Source: Emiliania huxleyi CCMP1516 (lineage: Eukaryota). From it: 64,000 bases of DNA. The first letter of the stretch is position 1, and each line of letters starts with the position of its first letter. Under the pieces are notes generated by a model. That model ran no database searches. It saw nothing but the letters and a program-made list of their open reading frames with translations, and was not told where the DNA came from. The translations under genes and the position numbers were made by a program. The stretch spans positions 1 through 64,000 of the forward strand of contig NW_005201231.1 in the NCBI RefSeq assembly GCF_000372725.1, in the 5' to 3' direction. Positions 11,601 through 23,977 of this stretch are shown piece after piece.

Positions 11601-14600
11601 CTCGAACGCCACCGACCTCGCCGCCGCGAGCGAGTGCACCGACGCCTCGCCGGGCCACATCGCCACCACGGGCTCGACGCAGCAGACGCCGTGTGCCAAG
11701 GGAAGCTACGCCGCCACGGGCGGCCTCTCCGAGTGCGCGCAATGCGAGGGCGGGACGTACCAGAACGACACGGGCGCAACTGGCTGCCGCGACTGCGAGA
11801 AAGGCAGCTACTGCGAGCCGGGCGCGTCGAGGCCGCTGCCGTGCGAGGGCGGTTCCTACTCGAACAAGACGGACCTGTTTGCCGCCTCGCAGTGCACGCC
11901 CGCCGCTCCGGGCCACATCGCCGCCCGGGGCTCCACCGAGCAGACGGCGTGCGGCGAGGGCAGCTTCGCCAGCGGCCCGCGCAACGAGGTCTGCCAGCTC
12001 TGCGTCGAGGGCTCCTACCAGGGCGCGACCGCCGCGAGCGAGTGCACCGACGCCACGCCGGGCCACTTCGCCACCACGGGCTCGACGCAGCAGACGGCGT
12101 GCGCCAAGGGGTCGTACACGAACGAGACCAGGCAGGGCGAGTGCACGCCCTGCCCCGGCGGCACGTACCAGGACATGGGCGGCAAGACGGAGTGCAAGCC
12201 GTGCAAGCAAGGCAGCTTCTGCGAGCCGGGCGCGGCGGCGGCGCTGCCGTGCGAGGCTGGCAGCTACTCGAACAAGACGAATCTTGACTCGGCGGGCGGC
12301 TGCATGGACTGCCCTTCGGGCCACGCTTGCACCACTGGCAGCGCGACTCCCATGGCTTGCCGCGCCGGCACATTCGCATCCGGCTCGCGCAACGCCGAGT
12401 GTGAGCCTTGCAAGGCGGGATCCTACCAGAACGCCATCGGTGCTGCCGGCTGCGTCCGGTGCGGGCTTGGCAGCTTCTGCCCGGTCGGCGCGTCGCTCGA
12501 GCTGCCTGCGGCGTGCGAGCCGGGTACATACGCCAACGTCACGGACGGCGACGGCATCCCCGACTGCTTCGACTGCCCGGCGGGCTCGTCGTGTCCGGGC
12601 GGCGCCGCGCGTCCGACGCAGTGCGCGGTGGGCACGATCGCGCCGACCGAGCGGATGGAGGCGTGCGACAAGTGCGCGGGCGGGACCTACCAGAACGACA
12701 CGGGCGCGACATCCTGTCGCGCTTGCGAGGCGGGCAGCTACTGCGCCAAGGGCGCGTCGGCGCCGCTGCCGTGCGAGAAGGGCAGCTACTCGCGCGCCAC
12801 CAACCTCTCCGCCGCGAGCGAGTGCACCGACGCCTCGCCGGGCCACTTCGCCACCACCGGCTCCACCGAGCAGACGGCGTGCGCCAAGGGGTCGTACACG
12901 AACGAGACCAGGCAGGGCGAGTGCACGCCCTGCGCCGGCGGCACGTACCAGGACGCGGAGGCGCAGACGGCGTGCAAGCCGTGCGAGGCGGGCGGCTACT
13001 GCGCTGTTGGCGCGGCGGCGGCGCTGCCGTGCGAGGCTGGCAGCTACTCGACCGCCACCAACCTCTCCGACGCGAGCGAGTGCACCGACGCCTCGCCGGG
13101 CCACTTCGCCACCACCGGCTCCACCGAGCAGACGGCGTGCGCCAAGGGGTCGTACACGAACGAGACCAGGCAGGGCGAGTGCACGCCCTGCGCCGGCGGC
13201 ACGTACCAGGACGCGGAGGCGCAGACGGCGTGCAAGCCGTGCGAGGCGGGCGGCTACTGCGCTGTTGGCGCGGCGGCGGGGCTGCCGTGCGAGGCTGGCA
13301 GCTACTCGCGCGCCACCAACCTCTCCGCCGCGAGCGAGTGCACCGACGCCTCGCCGGGCCACTTCGCCACCACCGGCTCCACCGAGCAGACGGCGTGCGC
13401 CAAGGGGTCGTACACGAACGAGACCAGGCAGGGCGAGTGCACGCCCTGCGCCGGCGGCACGTACCAGGACGCGGAGGCGCAGACGGCGTGCAAGCCGTGC
13501 GAGGCGGGCGGCTACTGCGCTGTTGGCGCGGCGGCGGCGCTGCCGTGCGAGGCTGGCAGCTACTCGACCGCCACCAACCTCTCCACCGCGAGCGAGTGCA
13601 CCGACGCCTCGCCGGGCCACTTCGCCACCACCGGCTCCACCGAGCAGACGGCGTGCGCCAAGGGGTCGTACACGAACGAGACCAGGCAGGGCGAGTGCAC
13701 GCCCTGCGCCGGCAGCACGTACCAGGACGCGGAGGCGCAGACGGCGTGCAAGCCGTGCGAGGCGGGCGGCTACTGCGCTGTTGGCGCGGCGGCGGGGCTG
13801 CCGTGCGAGGCTGGCAGCTACTCGACCGCCACCAACCTCTCCGCCGCGAGCGAGTGCACCGACGCCTCGCCGGGCCACTTCGCCACCACCGGCTCCACCG
13901 AGCAGACGGCGTGCGCCAAGGGGTCGTACACGAACGAGACCAGGCAGGGCGAGTGCACGCCCTGTGCCGCCGGCACGTACCAGGACGCGGAGGCGCAGAC
14001 GGCGTGCAAGCCGTGCGAGGCGGGCGGCTACTGCGCTGTTGGCGCGGCGGCGGCGCTGCCGTGCGAGGCTGGCAGCTACTCGCGCGCCACCAACCTCTCC
14101 GCCGCGAGCGAGTGCACCGACGCCGCGCCAGGCTACTTCGCCACCACCGGCTCCACCGAGCAGACGTCGTGCGCTCCAGGCAGCATTTCCCCTTCGGCCA
14201 ACATGCCTGCTTGCGTGCTGTGCCCGACAGGCAACTTTGCAGCCTCCGGCACCGCTTGCGAGGAGTGCGAGGCGGGCACCTACGCGGCGAGCGAGGGCCT
14301 GTCGCAGTGTACCCCCTGCCCTTACCCTACCAGCTCCAAGAGCGGCGATGTCACCTGCTCCACCTGCAGGGAGGGCTTCTACCTGCAGGACGCGAGCGCC
14401 CTTCCGGATGACATCTTCCGCTTCCCGACCAAGCACTGCAAGTCCTGCCCGCTGAATGCCGACTGCGCGATCAATACCACTCTTGAGACCCTCGGCGTCC
14501 CGCGCAACCACTGGCGCGCCTCGCTCCTCACGACCGAGATTCACGACTGCGACGCCTCCGACCACTGCAGCGGCTCGGGCGGCGCGGCACAGACCTCCCG

Positions 14601-17217
14601 CCGCCTCGCGGCTTCTGGCGGCGCTGGCCCAGGCTGCGACCTCGGCCACACCGGCCCGCTCTGCGAGTGGTGCGTGAGCGACGAGCAGTACTTCAGCCGC
14701 GCGGAGCGAGGCTGCGTCGACTGCCCGACGGCGGGAAGGTTCGGCGTCCTTGCTGGAGTCGTCGTCGCTCTCGCAGTGACAGGGCTCTTCTTGTACCGCG
14801 CCCTCGCCCGCGCCGAGGCATGGGACCGCTTCAGAGCACGTCTTGATATCGTCGAGTCGCAGGTTGGCGGGACAGACCCTCCCCCCATCCACTGACCGGG
14901 CGCCTCTTGCCTCTCGTGTCGACACCACCCCACCGTACCTTAGGTTGGCTTCCAGCCCAAGTTCAAGATCGTGGTCAGCTTCTACCAGGTCGTTGCCACG
15001 CTCGGCCCCGTCTACGGCGTCCGCCTCCACGAGGACTTTACGCGCTGGACCGACTTCATCGACTCGATCAGCTTTGATCTGCTCGGCCTCACCTATCCGG
15101 ACGCGTGCATCGGTTCGATGGCTGACCGGCTCCTGCTCGCCGGTCTGTGGCCGTTTGCAGCCATGTTGCTCGGAGGCGCCGCCATCGCCTGCTACGCACT
15201 CGCGGAGTGGCTTCTGTCTGGTCGCGCCGGCAGCCTCCGTCGCGACCTCGTCCGCTCTACGCTGCGTCGCCTCCTCTACTGGGCCATCCTCGTCGCCTAC
15301 CTCGTGCTGCCCTCGGTCTCGCGCTCCATCTTCAAGGCGAAGCAGTGCGAGTCGTTTAACATCAACGTCTTCACCGGGGACACACGCAGCTATCTCGTAG
15401 CCGACCTCGACGTGCTCTGCAGCACCGACGAGCACCGCGGCCTCGACGCGTACTTTTGGGCATTCTTCGTCCTCTGGCCGGTGCTCGTCCCGCTAGCCTT
15501 CCTGGTGCTCCTGCTCTCGATCCGCTCCGAGGTGCGGGCGCAGCGAGTCAGGGCCACGGCCCGAGCCAGCCGCTTCCTCTGGCGCGACTACGACCCGCGC
15601 TTGCTCTTCTGGGAGGTCGTCGATATGGGCCGCAAGTTGTTCCTCGCCTCGCTGGTGCTCTTCATTCAGACAGACACCGGGTCGAGCAAGATCCTCCGCC
15701 TCTTCGTCGCCTCTGTCGTCTCGGCCCTCTACCTCGCCGTCCTCGCCCTCGCCCGGCCCTTCAAGCGATCCGCCGACCTCTACCTCGCGTGCACCGCCAA
15801 TCTGTTTCTCGCCTGCTGCTTCACCTCCGGAACGGTGATTCAGCTCTGCGAGAGCGCCGCCTACGAGGACATGTGCAAGACCCTCGTCGGCTTCGAGAGC
15901 GCGCGCGGAGCGAGTGAGTTTGTAATCGTGCTCACCGCCGCAATGCTGGCCGCGTCGCTGCTCGTCGTCCTCTTCAAGACTGTCAGCGCCGTCCGCGCGC
16001 CCACCATCCGCCTCTGCTCCTCCGGCCGCCCCCCAGTCCTCGAGCTGTCCCCCGAGTGCCACTTCCACAGCTTCATCTCGCACGCCTGGGGAACTGGCCA
16101 GGACCAGACGCACACCGTCGTGCGGCGACTCCAGCTGCTTCTCCCCGGCGTCCGGATCTGGCTCGACGTCGACAACCTCGAGGACGTGGGCAAGCTGGAG
16201 GAGTCAGTAGCCGACGCGAATACCTTCCTCGTCTTCCTCAGCGCCGGCTACTTCAAGAGCTTCAACTGTCGCCGTGAGCTGTACGCGGCGCTCGGCAAAG
16301 ACCGGCCCTTCATCCCCATCTTCGAGGCAGACGTGGCAAAGGGCGGCGCCTCGATCGAGGCGTTGAAGGCCGAGTGCCGCGAGAACTGCGTCGAGGTCGC
16401 CCCGCCCGCCTACCCTTCCTACGGCGGGCCAGACGAGATGATCGCGCGCGTATTTGAGGAGGCGAAGCCGATCGTGTGGGTGCGGGTGAACATCTTTCAG
16501 CTCGTGTCGCTCAAGGCTGTCGCGCTGCGCATGCTGCTGCACTCTCCGTACTACGCGAGCCGCCCGGCCGAGCTCGCCGACGGAGTGCTGGTGCCCGGCG
16601 AGGCGGGCCCCGTTGCCTTTAGCGGCCCCGTCACTATCCTCGTGTGCCGCGGCAACGAGGATGCCTTTGGTATAGCAGAGGAGCTCAAGAATGCGGCGGT
16701 GGAGGGGCGCGGCTCTACCGCCAGCGCCGAGGCGGTCGAGATCCGCGATGCGGAGGAGGCGCTCGAGGGAGCCAACGCGGCCCCGTGCGAGGGCTTCCCC
16801 GTGTTCCTGCTCTACCTGAACGACAAGACCTTTCTTGACGCCGGCGGCGCTGTCGCGCGCCTCGTGCAAGCGGCGATGGACCAAGGCATCACCATCGCCA
16901 TGGTCCACGAGCAGGAGCCAAGCTGCGGCGGCGTTCCTTTCGGTCGCTTCTTCCAGCAGACGCCGCAGGTGCTGCAGCGGCCGCCGTACAAGCTGTTCGA
17001 CACGGTGGCGGTGGCGCTCTACCCGGCTCCGGAGCATCGTGAGATCAGCCTGCGCCTCATACTAAAAAGCATGGGGGCGGTGCCGTGCGACGCGGGGCCG
17101 CTCCGCCGGCGGTGGCAGCTCCTCCGCCGCCGCATCGCGGTGGCGCGCCTCGTGCGGCGGCGCCCCGCCCTACAAGACTCTCTTACTAGTAGCGACCCGA
17201 ACCGGATGGGTGTGTGA
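8655..17217 (+). CDS. Giant receptor-like protein: CUB-like and beta-helix (GGxVY) repeats, GCC2/GCC3 (ephrin-receptor-like) Cys repeats, ~8-9 TM segments and a cytoplasmic TIR domain
   Basis: SPNYPNSY...DYLTVNGKKYCG (CUB-like); GGVVY/GGAVY/GGGLY repeats; many C..G.Y......C..C repeats; hydrophobic helices at about 14740-15990; HSFISHAWGTGQDQ...IWLDVDNL...FLVFLSAGYFKSFNCRRELYAAL is a TIR_2-type motif set. Introns at about 9531-9597, five within 10024-10860, and 14863-14943. Confidence 0.85.
10024..10860 (+). repeat. Tandemly duplicated exon+intron units (five near-identical introns, ~81-bp exons)
   Basis: Introns gtgcgccgcgtagagctagc...ctctctcctcgcaaccgcag alternate with exons encoding xGGVVYAxxSGAISITGSxVxGCS. 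Confidence 0.85.
12767..14170 (+). repeat. Coding tandem repeat, 258-bp (86-aa) unit, about 5.5 near-identical copies
   Basis: Antisense ORFs recur at 12786, 13044, 13302, 13560 and 13818 (period 258). Unit reads CEAGSYS..TNLS.ASECTDASPGHFATTGSTEQTACAKGSYTNETRQGECTPC... Confidence 0.95.
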
Positions 17218-17387
17218 GTGTAAAGTCTGCAGACTCTGGACTTAACTCTTAAGCTGAGGACTTGATGATATGGCTATGCCTATGGGCAGTACGGGGTGTG
17301 GACCGTGAGTTGCACAGGGGTTGTGCGCCGGGCCCTCCTGCTCGGCTCCAGACAAGTATTGTCATCAACAGAGCTGACGGATCTGAC

Positions 17388-19280
17388 CTCGAGGGCTCCT
17401 ACCAGGGCGCGACCGCCGCGAGCGAGTGCACCGACGCCTCGCCGGGCCACTTCGCCACCACGGGCTCGACGCAGCAGACGGCGTGCGCTCCAGGCAGCAT
17501 CGCCCCCTCGGCCAACATGCCCGCTTGCGAGCTCTGCCCTATCGGCCACTACGCAGCCTCCGGCACCGCTTGCGAGGAGTGCGAGGCGGACACCTAAAGC
17601 CGTACGCGGCGAGCGAGGGCCTCTCGCAGTGCACTCTCTGCCCCCACCCCCTCAGCTCCAAGAGCGGCGACGTCACTTGCTCCATCTGCAAGGAGGACTT
17701 CTACTTGAAGGACGCGAGCGCCGATCCAGACGACATCTTTGAGAACCCGACTGACCATTGCAACCAAGTCGTGCCCGCTTCAAGCCAACTGCAACGCCGG
17801 CACCACTCTCGCGTCCCTCGGCGTGGACGCCGGCTACTGGCGCGCCTCCGCCGCCACCTCGGAGCTCCACCGCTGTGACTCAGAGACGTGCTCTGGTGGC
17901 TCCGGCCAGCCCTCCCGCCGCCGCCGCCTCACCGACGGAGACGGCGACCCGTACTGCGCCGCCGGCTCGCTCCGCCGGCATCTTTGTCGGATTTGTCATC
18001 GTCATCGCTGTGCTCGCCGCCGCCTATGCTGGGCTCCGTCGCCTCCCCTTCTCCCGCCGCCTCCGAAGGCGGGCCGCCCGCATCGAGTCCGCGGTCGGCC
18101 TGCAGCCCAAGTTCAAGGTCGTCGTCAGCTTCTACCAGGTGAGCAGCAGCCTCGGCCTCGTCGCGTCGCCATCCCCGGCCGCTGCATCGGAGCCATGAGC
18201 ACGCGGCTGCTTGTCGCGGGCACCTGGCCGTACGCCGCTGTCGCCTTCGTGTCGCTCGCCATTGTGGTGGCGGCGGCGGTCCTCAACAACAAGCAGGCAT
18301 TCGACCGCCAGCTGCTGACCGCCAGCTGCTCGGCCGCCTCCTTTACTGGGCGATCTTCATCTTCTACCTGGTGCTTCCCTCCGTCTCGCGCTCCATCTTC
18401 AGCGCGAGGCTGTGCGAGTCCTTTCGCTACGACGACGCGACAGGCCAGCGCATCAGCTTCCTGCTCGCCGACCCGTCGCTCACGTGCGACGCCGGCCCTA
18501 CGTGGGACGACGAGACGGGCGGACTCGCGCCGTACTTTTGGGCCTTCTTCGCCCTCTGGCCCGTCCTTGTGCCGCTCGGCTTCTTGGCGCTGCTGCTCCG
18601 CGTCCGCAAGCCCGTGGCTGCGCAGCGCGCAACGCCGCTCTCTCGTGCGACGAGCTTCCTATGGCGGGACTACTCTGGCCGCTTCCTCTTCTGGGAGGTG
18701 CTCGACCTGGTCCGCAAGATCTTCCTCACCTCGATGGTCCTCTTCATCGACCAGGATTACGGCTCCCGCAAGCTGCTGCGCACCGTGGTCGGCCATGTTT
18801 CTCACCTGCCTAGCGCTCGCCCGACCCTACCGGCGCTTCGACGACCTCTGCCTCGCGTGCGTCGCCAACCTGCTCCTCACCAACCTGCTGCTTCGCGTCG
18901 GGAGTGGTCATACATCCAGGTCCGCGCCCCTGCTGGCACTTCCTCGCCTCCCTCTCTCTCCCTCATCCGCGCAACCTCACACCACCCGCTCCCCACCGCC
19001 GCAGCTGTGCGACAGCACCGCGTGCGAAGACATGTGCTACACCCTCGTTGGCTACACGACTTCTCGCGGCGCCACCACCTTCGTCGTCGTCCTCACCGCG
19101 GTCATGCTCGCCATCTCGCTAGCCGTCATCGTTGTATTGGCGGTCAGCGCCTCGAGGGCGAAGACCATGCGGCTCGTCTCGTCGAAGCGCGAGCCGGTGC
19201 GCGACGGCATCACCCTCGGCCCTCGCCGACGGCCAGGAGTGGCACCTCTTCCTCAGCCACGTCTGGAGCACGGGGCAGGT
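17388..19280 (+). pseudogene. Degenerate partial paralog of the upstream Cys-repeat/TM/TIR receptor
   Basis: Homologous pieces (EGSYQGATAASECTDASPGH, QPKFKVVVSFYQV, LPSVSRSIF, FWEVLDLVRKIFL, HLFLSHVWSTGQ) are spread over different frames, with a stop near 17595. It lacks the N-terminus and is cut at the start of the TIR domain. Confidence 0.85.
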
Positions 19281-19427
19281 TTACCGCCCCCCCTAAATTA
19301 TTACATCTTAGCTCCCCGGCCCTGGGCCTGGAGATGTGAGCCCGCGGCCGCGCGCTCCACACATCAGGCGTCTTGGTTTGATGTACTTTAACTTTTCAGT
19401 CGACAGGTTACTTGCCAACTTTGGGTG

Positions 19428-21031
19428 TCAAGATCCCGTCGGCGGCGCGCACACGCACTCGCCCTCCGCCCCCCTCAGCGTCTCGCAGCCGGGCGCCGGC
19501 GCGCCACCGCCGGCCGGCGCGCGGTTGAACTCGGTCGTCGCTCCTCGCCACAGCGCACAGCCCCTCGGCTCGGAAGGCTCGCTGCTCGAGCCGAGGTGCG
19601 TCAGCCCGCCCGCCCGCGCATAGGCGACGCACTCTGCCTCGGTGAGCGGGCGGAGCCCCGCGCCGGCGCACGAGCCCGCCGCCACCCGCCGCGACGCGCG
19701 CGCCGTCCGCCGCGCGCGCCTCCCGACCCACGCGTCGCAGGCGGCGCACTGCCCTCGCCGGAGAAGCGGCTGTCCGCGGGCCGACCGTGCCGCCGCGTCG
19801 ACCTCGCAGCCGCGCGCGAGCGCGTCGCAGAAGGGCGCGGCGTCGTCGGCGCCTGGGTGTGGGTGTGGGCGGGTGCGGGTGGTTCGGTGTGGGTGTGGGC
19901 GGGTGCGGGCGGGTGGGTGTGGGTGTGGGCGGGTGCGGGCGGGTGGGTGAGGGGGTGGGCGGGTGCGGGTGGGTGTGGGTGTGGGTGTGGGTGTGGGTGT
20001 GTGGGTGTGGGCTGCGTTGCATGTGGACGGGCGCAAGTTGGTGCTACCGACGGCGGCTGCCCACGGCGGCAGCCTCTGCGAGCGGAGCCGGTCGGTGTAC
20101 TGCAGGTTGAGGGAGGCATCGTGGAGTCGGGGCGCGAACCAGATGGCGGCCTCGGAGAGGGCGGAGGCCGCGTGCAGCAGGTAGTCGCAGTGCGAGAGGA
20201 GCAGGGAGTCGAGGAGTGCCTACGCAGTCCCCAATGCGAGGTGAGCGGATCGGCTGCTAGTTGCAAGAGCAGGCGCACATCGCTTCCAGACTTCTACTCA
20301 CACCACATGCTAGGGGGGGGGGGTCGGCCCCCCCCAGAGGCTTCACCACATGCTAGGGGGGGGGTGGGGCGTGAGTAGAAGGGCGCCCCCCTCCCTGGAA
20401 GCGATGTGCGCCTGCTCCAAGTTCGAGGAACAGTCGATCCTCACCCGACCGCTCCTCACCTCGCCTCTCCCCACCCCACCTCTCCTCGCCTCTCCACACC
20501 CAACCCCGCCTCGCCCCGACTCTCCTCGCCCCTCCTCACCCCCCGGCCCCGCCTCTCCTCCTCTCCGATAGGCCCGAGATGCGAGCGCCGAGAGGCCCTT
20601 TGCTTGGCCCGAGAGGGTGCGGTCGTGGATGATGTCGTCGCTCTCGTAGCCGCCCTGCTGGTAGACCACCTGGACAAGCCTCAGACAGGTCACGCACGCG
20701 GCCTGGGCATGCCCCATCCCGCCGCCCTGCTGGAAGAGCGCCCGCCCACCGCACACGCCGCCGCCCGCCGCCCGCCCACCCGCGCATGCCGGCCGCGAGG
20801 GGAGCTCGCCGCCGCCGCCCTCCCACTCTCCGTACCTCGCGACGACACGGCGCAAGTAGGCGGCCTAAGGGGAGGGAAAGTCAAGCAAGGTGGACTTCTC
20901 CGCACACACGAGGCGGTGGGGCAAGGGCCAGGCTGGTCCCTCGCGACTCCACGTCTAGACGACAGGAGCCGCACGGCAGTAAAAGTGTAAGGGCCCGGTG
21001 CGCGTGGGTGAGCGGTGTGGTGTGTGTGTGC

Positions 21032-21078
<47 letters not shown>

Positions 21079-22706
21079 CGTGTGTGTGCGTGTGCGTGTG
21101 CGTGTGCGCGTGCGTGTGCGCGTGCGCGTGCGCGTGCGCGTGCGCGTGCGCGTGTGCGTGTGCGTGTGCGTGTGCGTGTGCGTGTGCGTGCGTGCGTGTG
21201 TGTGTGTGCTGTGTGCTGTGTGCTGTGTGCTGTGTACTGTGTGCATGTGTGCCGCCTCGTCCGTCGCGACGAAGAGGAGCCCGCCGGGGTGCGCCTCCAC
21301 CCAAGCGTCTGCAAAGGGGAAGTACGCCTCGGGGGGCACCTTCTTGTGCACCACTTTGTCCGTCCCACGGATGTGCAAGCCTGCTCACACCTCCGGCTGT
21401 GAAGAGGCGCCGTTCGCGCCACGACACTGCTGGCCGCCCTGCGGGTCGCGCAGGCCGAGCACGTGCGAGCTCGCGCGGCGCCACGGCGCAAACAGCCGCC
21501 ACGCGTGCTTCAGCAGCTTCGGCCGCACCAGCGACCCGTTGGCGAGCACCGACGCCGCCGCTCGCCGCCGCTCGCCGCGCGCGCGCGGGTCAAAGGAAGG
21601 CGACGCGTCGTACGCCTTGCGTGCAGAATGCGCCAACCTCGGGGCGGGAGATACGGGGAGATATGGGGAGATATGGGCAGCCTGCGTGGTGGGTACGCCA
21701 ACCTCGGGGCGGGAGATATGGGGAGATATGGGGAGATATGGGGAGATATGGGGAGATATGGGCAGCCTGCGTGGTGGGTACGCCAACCTCAGGGCGGGAG
21801 ATATGGGGAGATATGGGGAGATATGGGGAGATATGGGCAGCCTGCGTGCAGAAGGCGCCAACCTCGGGGCGGGAAGACGGTCTTGGGAATGTATTCAGAG
21901 CACCGCGTGGATACAAGAGAGGCGGAGACAGCGAATACAGCCGAATACGGCCGAGTACAGTGGAACACGTTGCCCTCTCGAGCGCTAGTTGGGATACATG
22001 AACACCGTCTTCTGCTTCTGGGGCCGTACGCCTGCGTGAAGCCGCCGGCCGATTGCGCCGGTGAGTAGAGCGACTCCGGGCTCACCACCTGGAGGGAGCG
22101 GACGGGCCGGCCCCCCACCGAGCGATCGCCGCGGCGGTACGCGCCGGGCTGCCGGAAGAAGTACTCCCACACGTTGTCGCCATGCCTCCGGTCAAAGTAT
22201 GGCTGCGAGAGGAGCGGGCAGCCCGGCCCGGCGAGCACGACTGGGCCGACAAAGACGTACACCTCCATCCGGAGCCGGCGCGCGAGGAGGACCTGGTTGA
22301 CGACGCGCTCCAGGAGGGCGAAGAGGCCGTGGCCGGCGTTGTCGCACGTCGCGAGCAGCACATCCACCGGCGCCGCACCAGCAGCCGACGCCTGCGGGGG
22401 CGGCTCTGGCGGCGGCGGCAGCAGGTCGGCCGCCGTGCATTGCGGCGCGACGAACGAGTCGCCCGCGCGGCACGGCCCGCCGGGTGCCGCCGCACCAAGC
22501 AGCAGCGGCGCGCCGTGGCAGTCGCCATCAGCAGAGGCCTGCGACGGGCGGCGGCGGCGGGCCAACACGCGAGCGAGGCCCGTGGTGGCGGCGGTGGCGG
22601 CGCCGTCGAGCGAGAGCGTGGCGCGCGCCGGCTGAGCGCCGGCAACGCAGGTGAGCCGGTAGTCGTGGCAGGCCAGCCGGGCGGAGGCGCCGGAGGACAT
22701 ACACAC
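19428..22706 (-). CDS. NodZ/GT23-like (alpha-1,6-fucosyltransferase-like) glycosyltransferase, multi-exon, with a Cys-rich C-terminal tail
   Basis: Motifs GHGLFALLERVVNQ, DNVWEYFFRQP, VHIRGTDK, LFVATDE and LLSHCDYLLHAASALSEAA match the GDP-fucose-binding pattern of GT23/NodZ-type enzymes. Start and some junctions are uncertain. Confidence 0.7.
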
Positions 22707-22954
22707 ATGCCTTTACATGCACGTGTGGCTTGCGCAGGCGCCGATCGAGCAACGCCAAAAAAAAAGCTTTGGACCCTGCCGACTGCACTCCAAGTGCTCC
22801 AAGTGCACCACACGCGCGCTTGATGTTCGGTGTTTATTTTTGCTTGGGGCGGGCCTCATGATGAAATTCTGCAAAAACCCGGCCGGCCCCCTGCCCTGCC
22901 CCTACCTACCTACCTACCTACCTACCCTACTTATGGGAAACTCGCCCCCCATCC

Positions 22955-23764
22955 ATGAGCCATGGTGAGCGCCCCCCGCTCGAGGGCGCCTCCCCCGGTA
23001 GCCGAGGCTCACCGATCGCCCTCATCGCCGCCGAGGAGGGCGGCAGCCTTCCGCCGCCGGCTGCTCCCGTGCTCGAGTGCCACATGTACCCGGGGCCTCC
23101 GCGCGAGGGCGATGTGGTCAAGGCGCAGATCACCAAGGTGGTGCAGGACATGGGCATCTATGTGAGCCTCGTCGAGTACGCAAATGGGGTCGAGGGCATG
23201 CTCATGGCAAAGGAGATCTCGCGCAGTGGGTCGTCGAGCGGCGGCGGTGCATCATCGAGCCGCTCGGCGAAGCTGCATATGACATACCGGGTGGGCAAGT
23301 ACGTCACATGCCGCATCCAGAAGCTGACGACGCAGCAGGAGGCGCCTGGCGCACCCATCAAATGGTTCATTGACCTAAAGCAGGAGTCGAAGCCGGAGCG
23401 CTTCCGCGAGTGTGAGAGACGGTGGCAGCGCTCGCTAGCGGTGCACACGCTGCTCGCACACGTGGCCCGAGCACACGGCCACGCGCTAAGCACGCTCTAC
23501 GAGCAGGTCGTGTGGCCGCTCCACAGCGCTGGTCACGGCCACGCGTACGTCGCGTTGACCGCGGCCGACACGGAGGTGGTGAACGAGCTACTGGACCGAG
23601 CGGCTGTGCCGAGTATCCGAGCGCAGCTTCGCGAGAGTATTGCACTGGGCAAGCTGCCCTTGCCTGAAGAGGTGGCCGAGGCCGAGACCAGGGCAGTCAG
23701 CGCGTTCATCACCGAGCGCGGTGCCAGCCGGAAAAGCAAAAAAGGTTATCGCGATCATGACTAA
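22955..23764 (+). CDS. Divergent, C-terminally truncated eIF2-alpha-like protein (S1 plus helical domain)
   Basis: CHMYPGPPREGDVVKAQITKVVQDMGIYVSLVEYANGVEGML (eIF2a S1 domain) and ECERRWQRSLAVHTLLAHVA...LYEQVVWPL...GHAYVAL (eIF2a helical domain). Intronless; no C-terminal domain. Confidence 0.8.
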   Translation: MSHGERPPLEGASPGSRGSPIALIAAEEGGSLPPPAAPVLECHMYPGPPREGDVVKAQITKVVQDMGIYVSLVEYANGVEGMLMAKEISRSGSSSGGGASSSRSAKLHMTYRVGKYVTCRIQKLTTQQEAPGAPIKWFIDLKQESKPERFRECERRWQRSLAVHTLLAHVARAHGHALSTLYEQVVWPLHSAGHGHAYVALTAADTEVVNELLDRAAVPSIRAQLRESIALGKLPLPEEVAEAETRAVSAFITERGASRKSKKGYRDHD

Positions 23765-23977
23765 GGGTGGCATGGTGGCATGCAAAGAAGATCCGACATG
23801 AGAAGAGTTTTTTTTCGATATATCTGAAACAACAAATATATCTCTATATCTGCCGCCTGAGCGCTGAGGTCAGACACGTGACCGGCCCCTTCCCAAGAGG
23901 CAAGAGCACACGCGCGAGAGTATGTGAGCACACACCTGCCACGCGCGGGAGTTTAGCGCGTCTCGTGAAAGGGTACC

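Noticed and set aside
11264..15435. Very long alternative-frame and antisense ORFs (1331, 977 and 667 aa) over the receptor
   Set aside because: Shadow ORFs produced by high GC3 and tandem repeats; Arg/Ala-rich with no domain signal.
20690..21500. His-Thr / Cys-Val repeat 'proteins' (also at 35300-36500, 44200-44800 and 57800-58300)
   Set aside because: Translations of (CA)n microsatellites in introns or UTRs.
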